A program made the translations under genes and the position numbers. This document shows, in pieces, positions 33,280 through 50,254 of a stretch of DNA of 64,000 nt. Location: NCBI RefSeq assembly GCF_009914755.1, contig NC_060948.1. One strand, 5' to 3'. Position 1 is the first letter of the stretch; each line of letters opens with the position of its first letter. The notes beneath the pieces were generated by a model. It was not told the DNA's origin and made no database searches. It worked only from the letters and a program-made list of their open reading frames with translations. The DNA is from the human T2T-CHM13v2.0 reference genome, Homo sapiens.

Positions 33280-35098
33280 TGAGAGGTTGTAATGCCCAAC
33301 CTGGTTTTTACTAACACCGTTTTTAGACTCTCCCTTTACTTTACTCACCTAGCCTTGTTTCCACCTGAAAGGACTCTCGCTAGCTAAGAGAAGCAGACAG
33401 ACTCCATCTCGGCTCTTTCACTGGCAGCCCCTTCCTCAAGGACTTAACTTGTGCAAGCTGACTCCCAGCACATCCAAGAATGCAATTAACCGATAAGATA
33501 CTGTGGCAAGCTATATCCACAGTTTCCAGGAATTAATCTGATTGATAACGCCCAAAGCCCCGTGTCTATCACCTTATAATAGTCTTAAAGCCCCTGCACC
33601 TGTTTACTTCCCTGTAACCATTTATCCTTTTAACTTTTTGCCTACTTTACTTCCGTAAAATTGTTTTAACTAGACCCCCCCCCCCCCCCACCGCCTTCCT
33701 AAACCAAAGTATAAAAGAAAATCTAGCCCCTTCTTTGGGGCCGAGAGAATTTTGAGCGTTAGCCATGTCTTGGCCTCCGGCTAAATAAACGGACTCTTAA
33801 TTGGTCTCAAAGTGTGGCATTTTCTCTTAACTCGCTCAGGTACAACAAGGTGAACCCAAATGACCTCTATTTTTGGTTCGAACCCAGATGCCACAGTGGA
33901 TTGCAGGAGTGTGCTTGGTTCTAATATTTTGTCCATCTCGGGGTTTTTTGTCCAACTTGGGGTTCTTCTTTGGGCCGCGGGGATCCCTTCCACTGCCAGT
34001 ACTGTTGTTGATGGCACTTTAGGAACCGTGCAGAGCCGCTCAGGAGCCATGTTCCCCAGCTGCCCGACGCTTCGTGGGGGGCTGAGGCAGCCGCAGCGGG
34101 GCGCGCTCACGCCTGGTGCCCAGGCTGCGGCCCCATTCCATACCCATCGCCATGGCGGCTGCCTCCCCGCGGGGCGGGGCTCGGGTCCTGCCGCCGGCGA
34201 AGCACCAGCGCCCAGTGGACTCCGGCGCAGCCCGAGCACGCCCCGCCCCTCCCCGCCCCCACCGACAGGCTCCGCCTCCTGCTCAGCGGCGCCCTTTCCG
34301 TAGACCACATGAGGGCTGAGAAGTGCAGGTTCGCAGAGGCTCGGGACTGACGGGCAGCCAGTGCCACTAATCGGCACTCTGTGTCTAGCTAAAGGTTTGT
34401 AAAGGCACCAATCAGCGCTCTGTGTCTACCTAATCTGGTAGGGACTTGGAGAACTTTTGTGTGTAGCTAAAGGATTGTAAATGTACCAATCAGCACTCTG
34501 TGTCTATAGCTCAAGGTTTGTAAATGCACCAATCAGCGCTCTGTGTCTAGCTAATCTAGAGGGGACTTGGATAACTTTTGTATCTAGCTAAAGGATTGCA
34601 AATGCACCAATCAGCACTCTGTCTAGCTCAAGGTTTGTAAAGGCACCAGTCAGCACCCTGTCAAAACTGACTGATCAGCTCTCTGTAAAATGGGCCATTC
34701 AGCTCTCTGTAAAATGGACCAATCAGGAGGATGTGGGTGGGGTCAGATAAGGGAATAAAAGCAGGCTGCCTCAGCAAGCAGGGGCAACCAGCTGGAGTGC
34801 CCTTCCAATGTGTGGAGGCTTTGTTCTTTTGCTCTTGGTAATGAATCTTGCTGCTGCTCACTCTTTGGGTCCCTGCGGCCTTTATGAGCTGTAACACTCA
34901 TTGCGAAGGTCTGCAGCTTCACTCCTGAAGTCAATGAGACCACGAACCCACCAGAAGGAAGAAACCTGGGTCACATTTGAACATCTGAAGGAACAGACTC
35001 CGGACACACCATCTTTAAGAACTGTAATAGTCACCGCGAGGGTCCGTGGCTTCATTCTTGAAGTCAGTGAGACCAAGAACCCACAAATTCTGGATGCA
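33280..35098 (+). mobile_element. ERV9/LTR12-family solo LTR with a nested LTR6-like element and an atypical GC-rich U3 insert
   Basis: Starts TGAGAGGT(GA), ends ...TGGATGCA, with a CTAT TSD at 33276-33279 and 35099-35102. Contains CCAAT repeats, GATA, the AATAAAA box and typical U5 repeats. Confidence 0.88.
33288..33847 (+). mobile_element. Solo LTR, LTR6A-like (ERV1), nested in LTR12
   Basis: TG...CA ends, AGGT TSD (33284-33287 / 33848-33851), TATAAAA and AATAAA signals. Confidence 0.8.
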
Positions 35099-35103
35099 CT
35101 ATC

Positions 35104-35374
35104 ACTGGGCACAGTGGCTCACACCTGTTATCCCAGCACTTTGGGTGTCCGAGGTGGGTGGATCACCTGAGGTCAGAAGTTCGAGATTGACCTAATGTGG
35201 TGAAATCCCGTCTCTACTAAAATTAAAAAATTAGCTGGTGGCGTGCGCCTGTAATCCTAGCTGCTCAGGAGGCTGAGGCAGGAGAATCGCTTGAACCCAG
35301 GAGGTAGAGGTTTCAGTGAACTGAGATCAACACCCCTGCACTCCAGCCTGGGCGACAGAGTGAGACTCCGTCTC

Positions 35375-35410
<36 letters not shown>

Positions 35411-35413
35411 AAA
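35104..35413 (+). mobile_element. AluS with a (CAA)n tail
   Basis: Alu dimer; CAA repeats at 35378-35410. Confidence 0.88.
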
Positions 35414-36112
35414 ATCTCGTCTAGCTTTCACCTAATGAACTGTTTATTTATGCAAAGTAATTTCCTCATTGAAGCAAGATTACTCTGGAGGAATTGTTAC
35501 ATTAGAAAGAAGATTTTTGCAGTTTAGAAGCTGCTACTTCTGGCAAAAAGCTGTGTTTGCTGATACCTTCCCCAAGAAACTAAGATATTCTTAGTTATTC
35601 GGGTAACATTTTAAAGATTTATTGAAATGAGCTTAAGAAGGCTTTAGAGAAATGAAGCCTACTGTTTGTCTTCCTGGATTTGTCTAAGAACGAGTTGCAA
35701 ATGCCAGCAATCCCATCTGTAAAATTGTTACAATGGTACCTAAACATGTGCAAACAAAAATAGGTGAAAATGCTTTAGATTTAACAGAACTTTTACAACT
35801 TAAAAAAACACCCACAAAAACAGCATTCTTTTTTCTTCACTGTGGTTTCAACAATGGATTTCTTGCTATACTATTTTCCATGCAAACATAATTTCACTTT
35901 CTCTCAGTGGAGTCTCCTTCCTGGGGTAAATAGTCAAGTTTGAGACAAGCTTCATAAAACATGCTGGTTTGTGGTCTCTAGCCTTGTAGATTACAGAATG
36001 TTACAAAATTCACATCTTCTTGCAAAATTTACAGCTCTGAAAATAATATTGGGTGCTTTTTCAGGAACAAGAATTACTGCATCTTTCACCCCCGTAATAA
36101 TTTATATACAGC

Positions 36113-37972
<1,860 letters not shown>

Positions 37973-38904
37973 TCAGCAATGTTTACTGTAATTTTCCCAA
38001 GCTTTCGTGGTAAGCAGCTGAAGAGAGGGATGACTAGGTATGGAAAAACACAGCCCCCTCTGGTCCTATAAACCTATCCCAAGTATCCCAAGTAGGGCCG
38101 GCCCTCAAACCTATACCACAGACACTCAGAATAACAAATGGACCACCATGGGAACCCCAAGCCCTGCAGCCACCCAACAATGCCCCTGAGAAAATAACTG
38201 GCTCCCTTTTTCATGACCAATTTCAACTAGCACAGAGGAGTCAGCTGCTGTCTTTGTAAACTGGGTGTAGGTCCTATTGTTGGATGCAGAGGCAGTCTAG
38301 AAAAGACTTTGAGCACAAGAAAATTGGTAGCAACAGCTCCAGGTGAGGTCACAGTTTGGAGGCAGACATCCTGTGGCAAGTTCATGCCCTATCTTGGGTA
38401 CAGTGCATTCCAGAGCCTTCCTGCAGCAGTAGCAGCAGCCTAGAATGTGATACTGAGACCTAGGTAGGTCCCTGGCCCAACCTCTTCATTGAACAAAGAG
38501 AAATTCAAGGTTTTGTTCCTGGAAGGACCTGCCAAAAAAAAAAAAAAGAGACAGAGAAAAAGAAAGAAAAGAAAAAAATGCAAGCTGCAAAATTGCTAAA
38601 GCTACAATAATTGTAAAAAAATTTTTATTTTGCTATAGACCAGGTCTCACCAGAGACTGGAGACCCTAGGTGGGTCTCTGTCTCCTGGTCTCAAACCTCT
38701 TACGTGAGCCTCCCAAAGTGCTGGGATTATAGGCATGAGCCATCATGCCTAGGTGAAAACAAATTTTTTGAATGTTTTCAATGTGCAAATAATCGATTAT
38801 GTGCTTCTGAAGTGACAGAAGGAAATGGAAGGTCTACAGATGCATAACCAGAAAAAGACATGCTGCTTGTTGACAATAGTGTTGCCAGCAGTATCAGTAC
38901 TTAA

Positions 38905-39960
<1,056 letters not shown>

Positions 39961-40211
39961 TTAGAGAAGGTGGCATGAAAATGATATCACCGTAATCCCC
40001 AAGAACCAACAAGGAATGAGGTTTCAAACAGAGTCGCAGGGGATCTCTAGAGGAAAAGTGTCAGGGGCAGAATTTACTAACTGTTGCTGTCCAAGAGTAT
40101 AGTCTCTGCCCACCTGGTTCTCTGCCATCATGGAGAACCATTATATTTGCAGTAGTAATTATGGTTTTATCAGATGAGGAAATGGGTTTCCTTCAAGAGG
40201 CAGGTGTGAAA

Positions 40212-40255
40212 TAATAGGTTGGCGCAAAAGTAATCACTGTTTTTCCCATTACTTT
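40212..40255 (+). mobile_element. MADE1 (Hsmar1 MITE) half element
   Basis: taggttggcgcaaaagtaat terminal inverted repeat (TIR). Confidence 0.7.
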
Positions 40256-41316
40256 ATTTTTATTTTTAAATTTTGTGTGTGTCTGTGTGTGTGTGTGTGA
40301 GATGGAGTCTCACTCTGTCACCTCGACTGGAGTGCAGTGGCTCGATCTCGACTCGCTGCAACCTCCCAGGTTCAAGCGATTCTCCTGCTTCAGCATCTGG
40401 AGTAGCTGGGATTACAGGTATGCACCACGACACCTGGCTGATTTTTGTATTTTTAATAGAGACAGGGTTTTTCTATGTTTGAACGTTACAGGTAACGTTT
40501 TACTCAAAGAATAATATTAATGATGAGTATTGAAGCAAGTCAATAAGCAAGATGACTTAAGAGTGAATTCATCATGCAACAGCTCATGCCTATAATCTCA
40601 GCACTTTGGGAGGCTGAGGTGGGAGGATCGCTTGAGCCTAGGAGTTTGTGAGACATGCCTGGGCAACATATAAAGACCCCATCTCTAAAAAAAAAAAGAT
40701 TTAATTAGCTGGATGTGGTGGCACTTGCCTATAATCCCAGAGATTTGGGAAACTGAGATGGGAGGATCACTTGAGGCCAGGCGTTTGAGATCAGCCTGGG
40801 CAACATAGTGAGACCCCATCTCCATTTAAAAAGAAACGGAGAGTAAGATAACCATGGACACCCACTGTGTTCTGTAATATGTTAATGAGGTTTCCTTTAA
40901 ATGTTTAGATCCCTATAATGTCAATGTGGGAAAGCAAAGAAGTGTGTGAAAACTCTTAACAAACTCTCCTGTATCCTATAAAACACTGGCCTTGTTATTT
41001 GGAATTCACTTGAGTCAGATCCTTTTTTATTTATTTATTATTTGGAAGAGATGGAGTCTTTTTCTGTCACCCAGGCTAAAGGGCAGTGGTGTGATCATGG
41101 CCCACTGCAGCCTCAAACTCCTAGGCTCAAGTGACTTTGCCACCTTGACCTCCCAAGTATGTTGAGATTACAGGTGCACGCCACCATGTCTCTGCCACGC
41201 TGGTGTGCAACAGCATGATTGTGGTTCACGGCAATGTCTGCTTCACAGGTTCAAGCAATTCTCCTGCCTCAGCCTCCCTAGTAGCTGGCATTACAGGTGC
41301 CTGCCACTATGCCTAG

Positions 41317-41640
<324 letters not shown>

Positions 41641-42845
41641 AAAATAGAACAAAAATTTTATCTTAGCATATATAGAAATATATATATCATCTATGCAAAA
41701 TATATATCATATATGATATATCCATACTTATGTACGCATGCATTAACGCAAATGTATTATATTTAACTCAGTATAGATATGTAATGGATATTATATATTA
41801 TATATACATTATATATACACACATATACACACAAACACCGACGTACGGTACGCATGCTTAAAGAATGTTCAGCTCCCCTCACAGATGGTATGAATTTTTT
41901 TTTTTTTTTTTGAGTCCAGGTCTCATTCTGTTGCCCAGGCTGGAGGGCAGTGGCACAGTCACAGCTCATTGCAGCCTTGACCTCCTGGGCTCATGGCATG
42001 TTTGTGCCTTCGCCTCTGATTGTGCTGCGATTATAGGTGTGCACCACCACACCTGACTAGTTGTTAAATGATTTTTTTTTGGTAGAGATGGGGGCTGGGG
42101 GTGGGGGGGGTGGCGCTGGGGGGCTTCCGATGCTGCCCAGGCTGGTCTCGAATCCCCGCACCTCCCAAAGTGCTAAGATCACAGGTGTGAGTCACTGCGC
42201 TCGGCCAGATTGTACAATTTTGATTCCTCTCATATTTAACAACACCTGTACCTATCATGGTATTAAATTTATAGCTCATTCTGGTTTAGGGTCAGGGACT
42301 TATTTCTTTGGAATGGCAGAGTTCAGCATTTCCTGACCCCCCTGCAAAATAATGCCACTTCATTAAGGCGATAATGACTCTTCCATGTCTAACTCATAGG
42401 CACTTTCCTTTTTTGTCTCTCAAGTAATAGGCTGTGGTTTCTCAAGGATTTTTATGCTGTGGTTTCTGAAGGATTTTTGTGATCCTTTCAAAGCAGCTTT
42501 TGTCAAGCAAGGTGTTGTGAAATGTGCAGGGTCTGTTTATAAGAAGAGGTAGGTATGTGGTCAAGTTCAGGGTGGGTTCGGTGGAATCAGACCAACCAGC
42601 AGCCCAAGCAGAGTGTTAACGCTGCAAATCTGTGCCACGTTCTTCTTCCTGCGTGCAATTTGCAGGCAAAGACATATGCTTAATTGGGTGTGAAACCCGG
42701 GCCTTGATTAAAAGGACTTTATGAGGCCGCAGCCTTACATTTCCAAGGTCAGGCCCTAGTGGAGAGGGCGCGCGTTCCGCGGGGAGACACGAACTTTTCC
42801 TGAGTGCGCGTTCCTTGCTGGTCCTGAACCCCTCGGCCAGGCAGG

Positions 42846-42966
42846 GCTTGGCAGGGCCGTTTCCTGTCCTAACCAGGATCAAGGGATTGCGCGGCTTGCT
42901 GGTGAAGCTTGGCAGGGCCGTGACCTGTCCTAACCAGGCTCAGGGGATGGCGGGGGCCTGCTGGTG
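42846..42966 (+). repeat. Two-copy 61-bp tandem duplication
   Basis: gcttggcagggccgt..cctgtcctaaccagg.tca.gggat at 42846 and 42907. Confidence 0.85.
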
Positions 42967-44639
42967 TCGCATATGTTTTGCATTCCAGCTCAGGATTTTG
43001 CAGCGCATAGAGAGCGGGCGTCACCACTAGGGGGATATGCTACCCACAAAATGCAGGTGGAGGCTGGGCGAGGCTAGCAGCCAGGGGCCAGAAATCCAAA
43101 GCCTGAGCCAGGTTCAGACTTCCTGACTCCCACTCCCGGTTAGCTGTGCAAGGATGGCTCGGCCTGGTCCCCCTAAAAATGTGTCCGTTCTAACTTAGAG
43201 GCCGCTTTGGCTCTCAGAAAGCCCCCCTGACCTGAGGACTGAGGGACTGGAGACCGCTTTCAGTCGCAGAATCGCTGAGATCCCTCAAAACAAAGGCGTT
43301 TCCAGTTTGACCCCTTGCTGCTCAATGTGTGGTTGGCCAACCGACAGCCTGGGGCGCCCTGGTTGCGGGTCAGGGGAGCAGCGTCTAGGCCGTGCCAGGC
43401 CCGCAAGTTAAGCACTGTCTGCATTTCCCTGGGGAAAGGGGTGACCAAATATCTAGCTATATTTGCATTTCAAATCCACACGGATAAGAGTTTTAAATAT
43501 AAGTATGTCCAACTATTGCCTAAGCCACACTTACGCTAGGAAAAAAAAAATCTTTGCGTTTCTGAAATTGAAATGTGTCTGCACAGTTCTTTATCAGGTT
43601 GTCGCCGGGGTGTTTAAACAGTGACCAATCAAGTTTCACACGCTACATTTGGTCGGGCGACCTCTCAAATCTGTCTTTCCCTAGTTCTTTAAATAAATGT
43701 TTATTTGGAAAGAATTCTAGATCCACAGGAAGCTGCAAACAAACGCACAGAGTCAAGCCCACCCTTTCTCCCCCTTTCCAAGTAAAAATGTGGAATCACC
43801 AGTCCTACGACGAAACCAGGGCGCTGACCTTGTTCCCCAGACCCGGCAGCCCCTCTTGGGGATCCGCGCGCAGCGCGCGTCCTGAGTAGCCAGGCTAATT
43901 CCAGCCCCTCTCCTCACCAAACGCCAATTTCACTTTCTATTTTTGAGCTTCACTTTTGCTGAGCCACGCCCTCCCTGTCCCCGGGCCACCCAGCCTCCCC
44001 ATCTTCCGGGTTTGGGTGCAGCAACGCGGGTGGCCCGCCAGTGCGACTCCGGGGAGAAGTCATCCTGGGTCCCACCCCGGGGGCGCCCCGGGCGCGGAGG
44101 GGGCGTGGGCACCTCCCCAGCGCCGCCCCTGCCCTTGGTGACTGGAGTCGCCTGCACGCCCGGGTCTCCGACTCCTCGGCTGGGTCGCCGCCCGGGCGGA
44201 GCCCACGCGAAGGCGACGCCCCCCAAAGCCCCGCGGCCGGGTGGGGGCGGGGAGAGGCGTAGTCACGCCCAGGCTGCTTCCGCCCGCCCCAACAGCGCGC
44301 ACGCGGCCACCGAGCTGGAGGAGGCGGCGGGCGTGAGACCGGGAATGCTTGGGGCCCCCGCCTTCCTCGCAGCCATCCAGCACTCGGTGCACGCCCCGCG
44401 AGGCCAGCGGCTGCTCCCTCCCGGGGCTATTGCTGCTAGTGCCGTGAGCACCGCCCAGCCATTGTCTCTGTGTCTCCGTCAGCCGTGCCGAGCCGCGCAC
44501 CCAGAGGCGAGGGCGCGCATGGGGAGCCTCCGTTGATGCTGCCGCGGCTGCCGCGCCGCCCTCCGAGGCTGCGTCCCGGGGAGTCCGGCTTCCCGAGCGC
44601 TCCGGCCTGGCCCGGCGCCCCGGACCTGAGTGCCTCCCC

Positions 44640-44805
44640 ATGGAGGCGCCCGGGCCGGCCCAGGCGGCCGCGGCGGAGAGCAACTCCCGAGAGGTGACGG
44701 AGGATGCCGCCGACTGGGCGCCCGCGCTCTGCCCCAGCCCCGAGGCGCGGTCGCCGGAGGCGCCTGCCTACCGCCTGCAGGACTGCGACGCGCTGGTCAC
44801 CATGG
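44640..44805 (+). CDS. PRKY: PRKY exon 1 coding part (protein kinase Y-linked, PRKX gametolog; generally annotated as a transcribed pseudogene)
   Basis: ATG at 44640 (cccATGG) translates MEAPGPAQAAAAESNSREVTEDAADWAPALCPSPEARSPEAPAYRLQDCDALVTM-G. This matches the recalled PRKY N-terminus rather than PRKX (MEAPGLAQAAAAESDSRKV...). The 166-nt exon ends in phase 1 at a G|GTGAGT donor just before the kinase GxGxxG loop. Confidence 0.95.
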
Positions 44806-44811
44806 GTGAGT
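44806..44811 (+). other. 5' splice donor of PRKY intron 1
   Basis: G|GTGAGT consensus donor. Confidence 0.9.
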
Positions 44812-46669
44812 GAGTGCGCGCGGGAACTCGGCCCACAGGGGCTCGCGGCGCGGCCGGGACCCCGTAGTAGGACAAAGGGCCCCGGGTGCCCGCTTCCTGG
44901 GGAGGGCCCTGCAGCGGGATCCCCGCGCGGGGCTGCCCTTGCGCCCTGGGTCTCCCCGGGGGCCTCTCGGAGAACTGGAGCGCACCCTCCAGCCCCGGCG
45001 AGTCCCCCGGACTGGCTGGGGGCCTTCCCTGGAACGCCGAGGGCTCCTCTGGAAGACCACTCTGTATCCCCAGAACACACAGCACTCTGGGGCCTGGGCC
45101 GTCCGACGTCACAAAACTTCCTGTAGGACATCTCGCCTAGAGTACCTCGTGCGCTCTCCCAGGCAGCGGCCCCAGGGACACGGGCGCGGGGTCCCTCAGG
45201 CCAGCCTCCCCGTGTGCCCAGCGGCAGGGTCCTTGGCGGGGAATGTACAGATTTCTCCATGGGCTGCAGGAGCAGCTGGGCTCCGGGGGACAGTTGTTCG
45301 TGGCTTTGTGGGGATGAAGACGGCGGAGTTGGGGACGGATCCTAACATGTCCTGACACCGCCTGTGCTCTTCGTCTTGTGCGTCTGAAATGGGTAATTCT
45401 TGTATTGGACGCTTTATCCGTTTCCTTTGTCGTCTGTCTTTGAACTTAACCTCGAATGGGCAGCTTGACAGAGGTTTCGAGTTCACAGTGCGTTTGGATC
45501 CGGACACGCGCTGGTTTATGGGGGCAGCCCAGAGTGGGTCAGAATATCCCAGCGGCATGTGGGCGCTGGATTTAAACAGTTGTCACCGGCCCGCCTGTGC
45601 TTCTTAGGGACTCTGTATGGCTAAGTGGGGTGTTGGTTGTCAAGAAAATAAATGGGAGAGCGGAGGGGGGTGTCTTGGGTGTGTTGGTGGGGCGGGGGCT
45701 CTCAAACCCTCTTAACTCCTGTTTGTCCTCTCATTTTGGAAAGGAGGAAGCTGGGCTGGGAAGCCCAAGGGCTTAAGGTCACACCTTAGGGCTTAGGAAG
45801 ACCAGCGGGCATAGCCAGAGGGCCTTCAGAACCGCTGAGGAAGAGAGGACTTAGCTTCCTTCAGTGACCTCTTTGCCACTTAGACCTTGAGGGAAGGGCC
45901 CACGAGGAAAGCCTGAGTTTGGAAGGACAGTGTGGGACGAGGCCCTCTTTGTTTCTGCGCTCCCTCCCTCCTCCTATCTCATTCTCTCTTTCTCTGTTTC
46001 TCTTTCTGTGACCCTGTTCGTGTATCTGCATTTCTTCTCCTCTGTCTCTCTCAGTCTTTCTGTCTGTTCCCTTACTGTCTTGGTCTCTCTGTCTCCCTGC
46101 CTTCTCTCTGCTTTCCCTCTTCTTCTGGTCCCCCATGGAAAGCTGTCCTGGTCTAATCTTAGAGCTGGGTGTGTTTTGCGGGGAAGAAGGGTGGGGCAGG
46201 AACCCTGACTGGTTCAGCCGCCACAGTAGGTGGAAATACAGCTCGGCAGTGGAAAATTGATGAGGTCCAGCCGTTCCTTGGCACTCAGCACCAGAGTTTG
46301 TCATTCTTTGGGGCACCCACATGGGTCCGTTGGGAAACGTGGAGCTGGGGCTGGAGGCCGGGGCAGAGAGCAGGATGCGGGCAGGAGGGCGGCAGAGGTG
46401 AGGAGCTCTCGTGTGACAGGGGGCCACTCAGTTTGACATCAAGTCAGCTTAGGGTACCAAGCGGGTAACCTCATTTTTAAAAATAGATTGTCGTTGTCTC
46501 TAGGGACCAAGCTGGCTGGGCAGGGAGGTCAGCTTTTTTTTTCAGTCCAGTCAGTGCTCTCTTAATGAGGATGATGCTGCTTTCTCAAGGATAACTTCCT
46601 GTGAGCTCCAACGATGTGACAGGAGAGCTAGGTATCCTACACTAATTGGGCAACAGGAGACCAGGACCC

Positions 46670-46672
<3 letters not shown>

Positions 46673-46702
<30 letters not shown>
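46673..46702. repeat. (GT)n microsatellite
   Basis: Perfect run. Confidence 0.95.
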
Positions 46703-46703
<1 letters not shown>

Positions 46704-47163
46704 TGGAACACTCTCTCATGACAACTTCACAGCTTTGGTGACATTATCTGCAGCATTTTATCCAAGCCCCTTTCTTTGTTGTTGGTTAAAGAGCAATGTG
46801 ACTGTGATTCACCTAAAAGTAGTAGAATAAATTCTAAAAAACCCAAGGGTTTTAGAGTCTTCACGATTGTCTCTCTGAGCCACAATTTACAGCAGCTTTG
46901 GACTCTTTTACAAGGCGTGATGGAGAAGAGTGAGGGGCGAGCTTGAGTCTCAGTCTGGAGTTGAAACCCAGTCTGTGTGGGTGTGACCCCTCTTCATCCT
47001 AAACTGTCACCGCTGGAACATAAGTTTGCCTTTAAGCGCTCTTTCCCCCTCCTTCCTAATTCTCTCAGGCCCCAAACAAGCATCCCCAGAAGTACTGAAC
47101 TTTTTGGGGGGTGGGTGGAGGGGATCTGTATGCAGATTTCCAGTTGAGCAATCCTCTTTTCTA

Positions 47164-49365
<2,202 letters not shown>

Positions 49366-49669
49366 GTTCAGCCTTTTACTAGTTTTCAAAAGGTGCTCAT
49401 TTGTGTTTGCGAGTGTGTGTGTAGAGTTCTGTGCAGTTTTACCCAGTGTGTGGATTTGGCAGCTACCACCCTCCAAACCATGGTACAGGATGAATTCCCT
49501 CACCGCAGACCCCTCTGTCTTCCTCAACACATTTTTTTTTGTAACTTTCACATGATATACCATCTGAAAATATTTTATATTCTTAAGAGCTAGGAGATCT
49601 TCATAATTAATGATGCATGGTTCTGAAATCTAAAGCGCTTGTACTGGTAGTTTTTAATTCTGTCCTTGG

Positions 49670-50184
49670 TTTTTAGAAATAAGGCTTGGAGTTGCAAGGA
49701 AAATCGAGCCCTTAGAGAAAGGATTTCTCAGCAAAAAAAATGTATTTCTGCACAGAAGGGTGCCTCCTGTGTGGCTGGTTGCCCCAAGAGCACCCTGAAC
49801 AAAGGAGAGTAGAAGTTTTTATTCCTAAGGCAACTCCTGCCCCTGTGTCCTTTCCCCATTGGCTGGGGTCAGACTGCACAATCTAAAATAGACCCGACTG
49901 GCTAAACATTTCAACGTTCTTTAATGATAAGGTGGACACATGATTGGAGAGAGGAGAGAGGAGGGAGGGGTCGTCTGTGGCGAACTAGAAAGCCAGTCTT
50001 TTCCCAAATAAAGGAAGGAGGGTGAGCTGGTGCTGATAATGCCACTGGTGCTGTGGCATGCCTGGGCATGTAGTAAAGTCAGAAAGAAGAAAAGGAGAAG
50101 AAAGAGATGCAGGGGTGGATACTGGGAATTAAAGAATAAAAGGTTGAGCAGGCTGTTTGAAGAGAAACCTTGCCATATCTCATA
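49670..50184 (-). mobile_element. ERV1-class solo LTR (LTR19-like), related to 28093-28616
   Basis: Shared blocks (ctcagcaaa, cagaagggtgcc, gaacaaagg, cacaatct, tttgaagagaaac); TTGG on both flanks. Confidence 0.65.
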
Positions 50185-50254
50185 TTGGTTCTCCTAAATT
50201 GGCCAGAATTTTCCTTTGCTCTCCTCGTTGCTGGGTCTTATTAATGCCTTAAGA

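Larger units (their letters stand above)
43830..45620. promoter_or_regulatory. CpG island promoter of PRKY
   Basis: Very GC- and CpG-rich stretch with GGGCGG/CCGCCC GC boxes (~44189-44290) and no obvious TATA; it surrounds exon 1. Confidence 0.9.

Noticed and set aside
33781-34377. 198-aa minus-strand ORF containing MAPERL (POLE2-like start)
   Set aside because: Similarity ends after six residues, and the ORF crosses LTR6/LTR12 junctions. The segment is treated instead as an LTR-internal captured block.
34366-34725. Regularly spaced repeats that look CRISPR-like
   Set aside because: Standard ERV9 U3 CCAAT tandem repeats in a eukaryotic genome; no unique spacers or cas genes.
35378-35410. 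PolyQ ORF
   Set aside because: (CAA)n tail of an Alu.
44640-44805. Assignment to PRKX
   Set aside because: The residues (GPAQ, SNSREVTEDAADW, DCDALVTM) match recalled PRKY, not PRKX.
43930-45558. Many long ORFs (up to 274 aa) on both strands around exon 1
   Set aside because: Expected by-product of stop-poor GC-rich CpG-island sequence; no recognisable domains.
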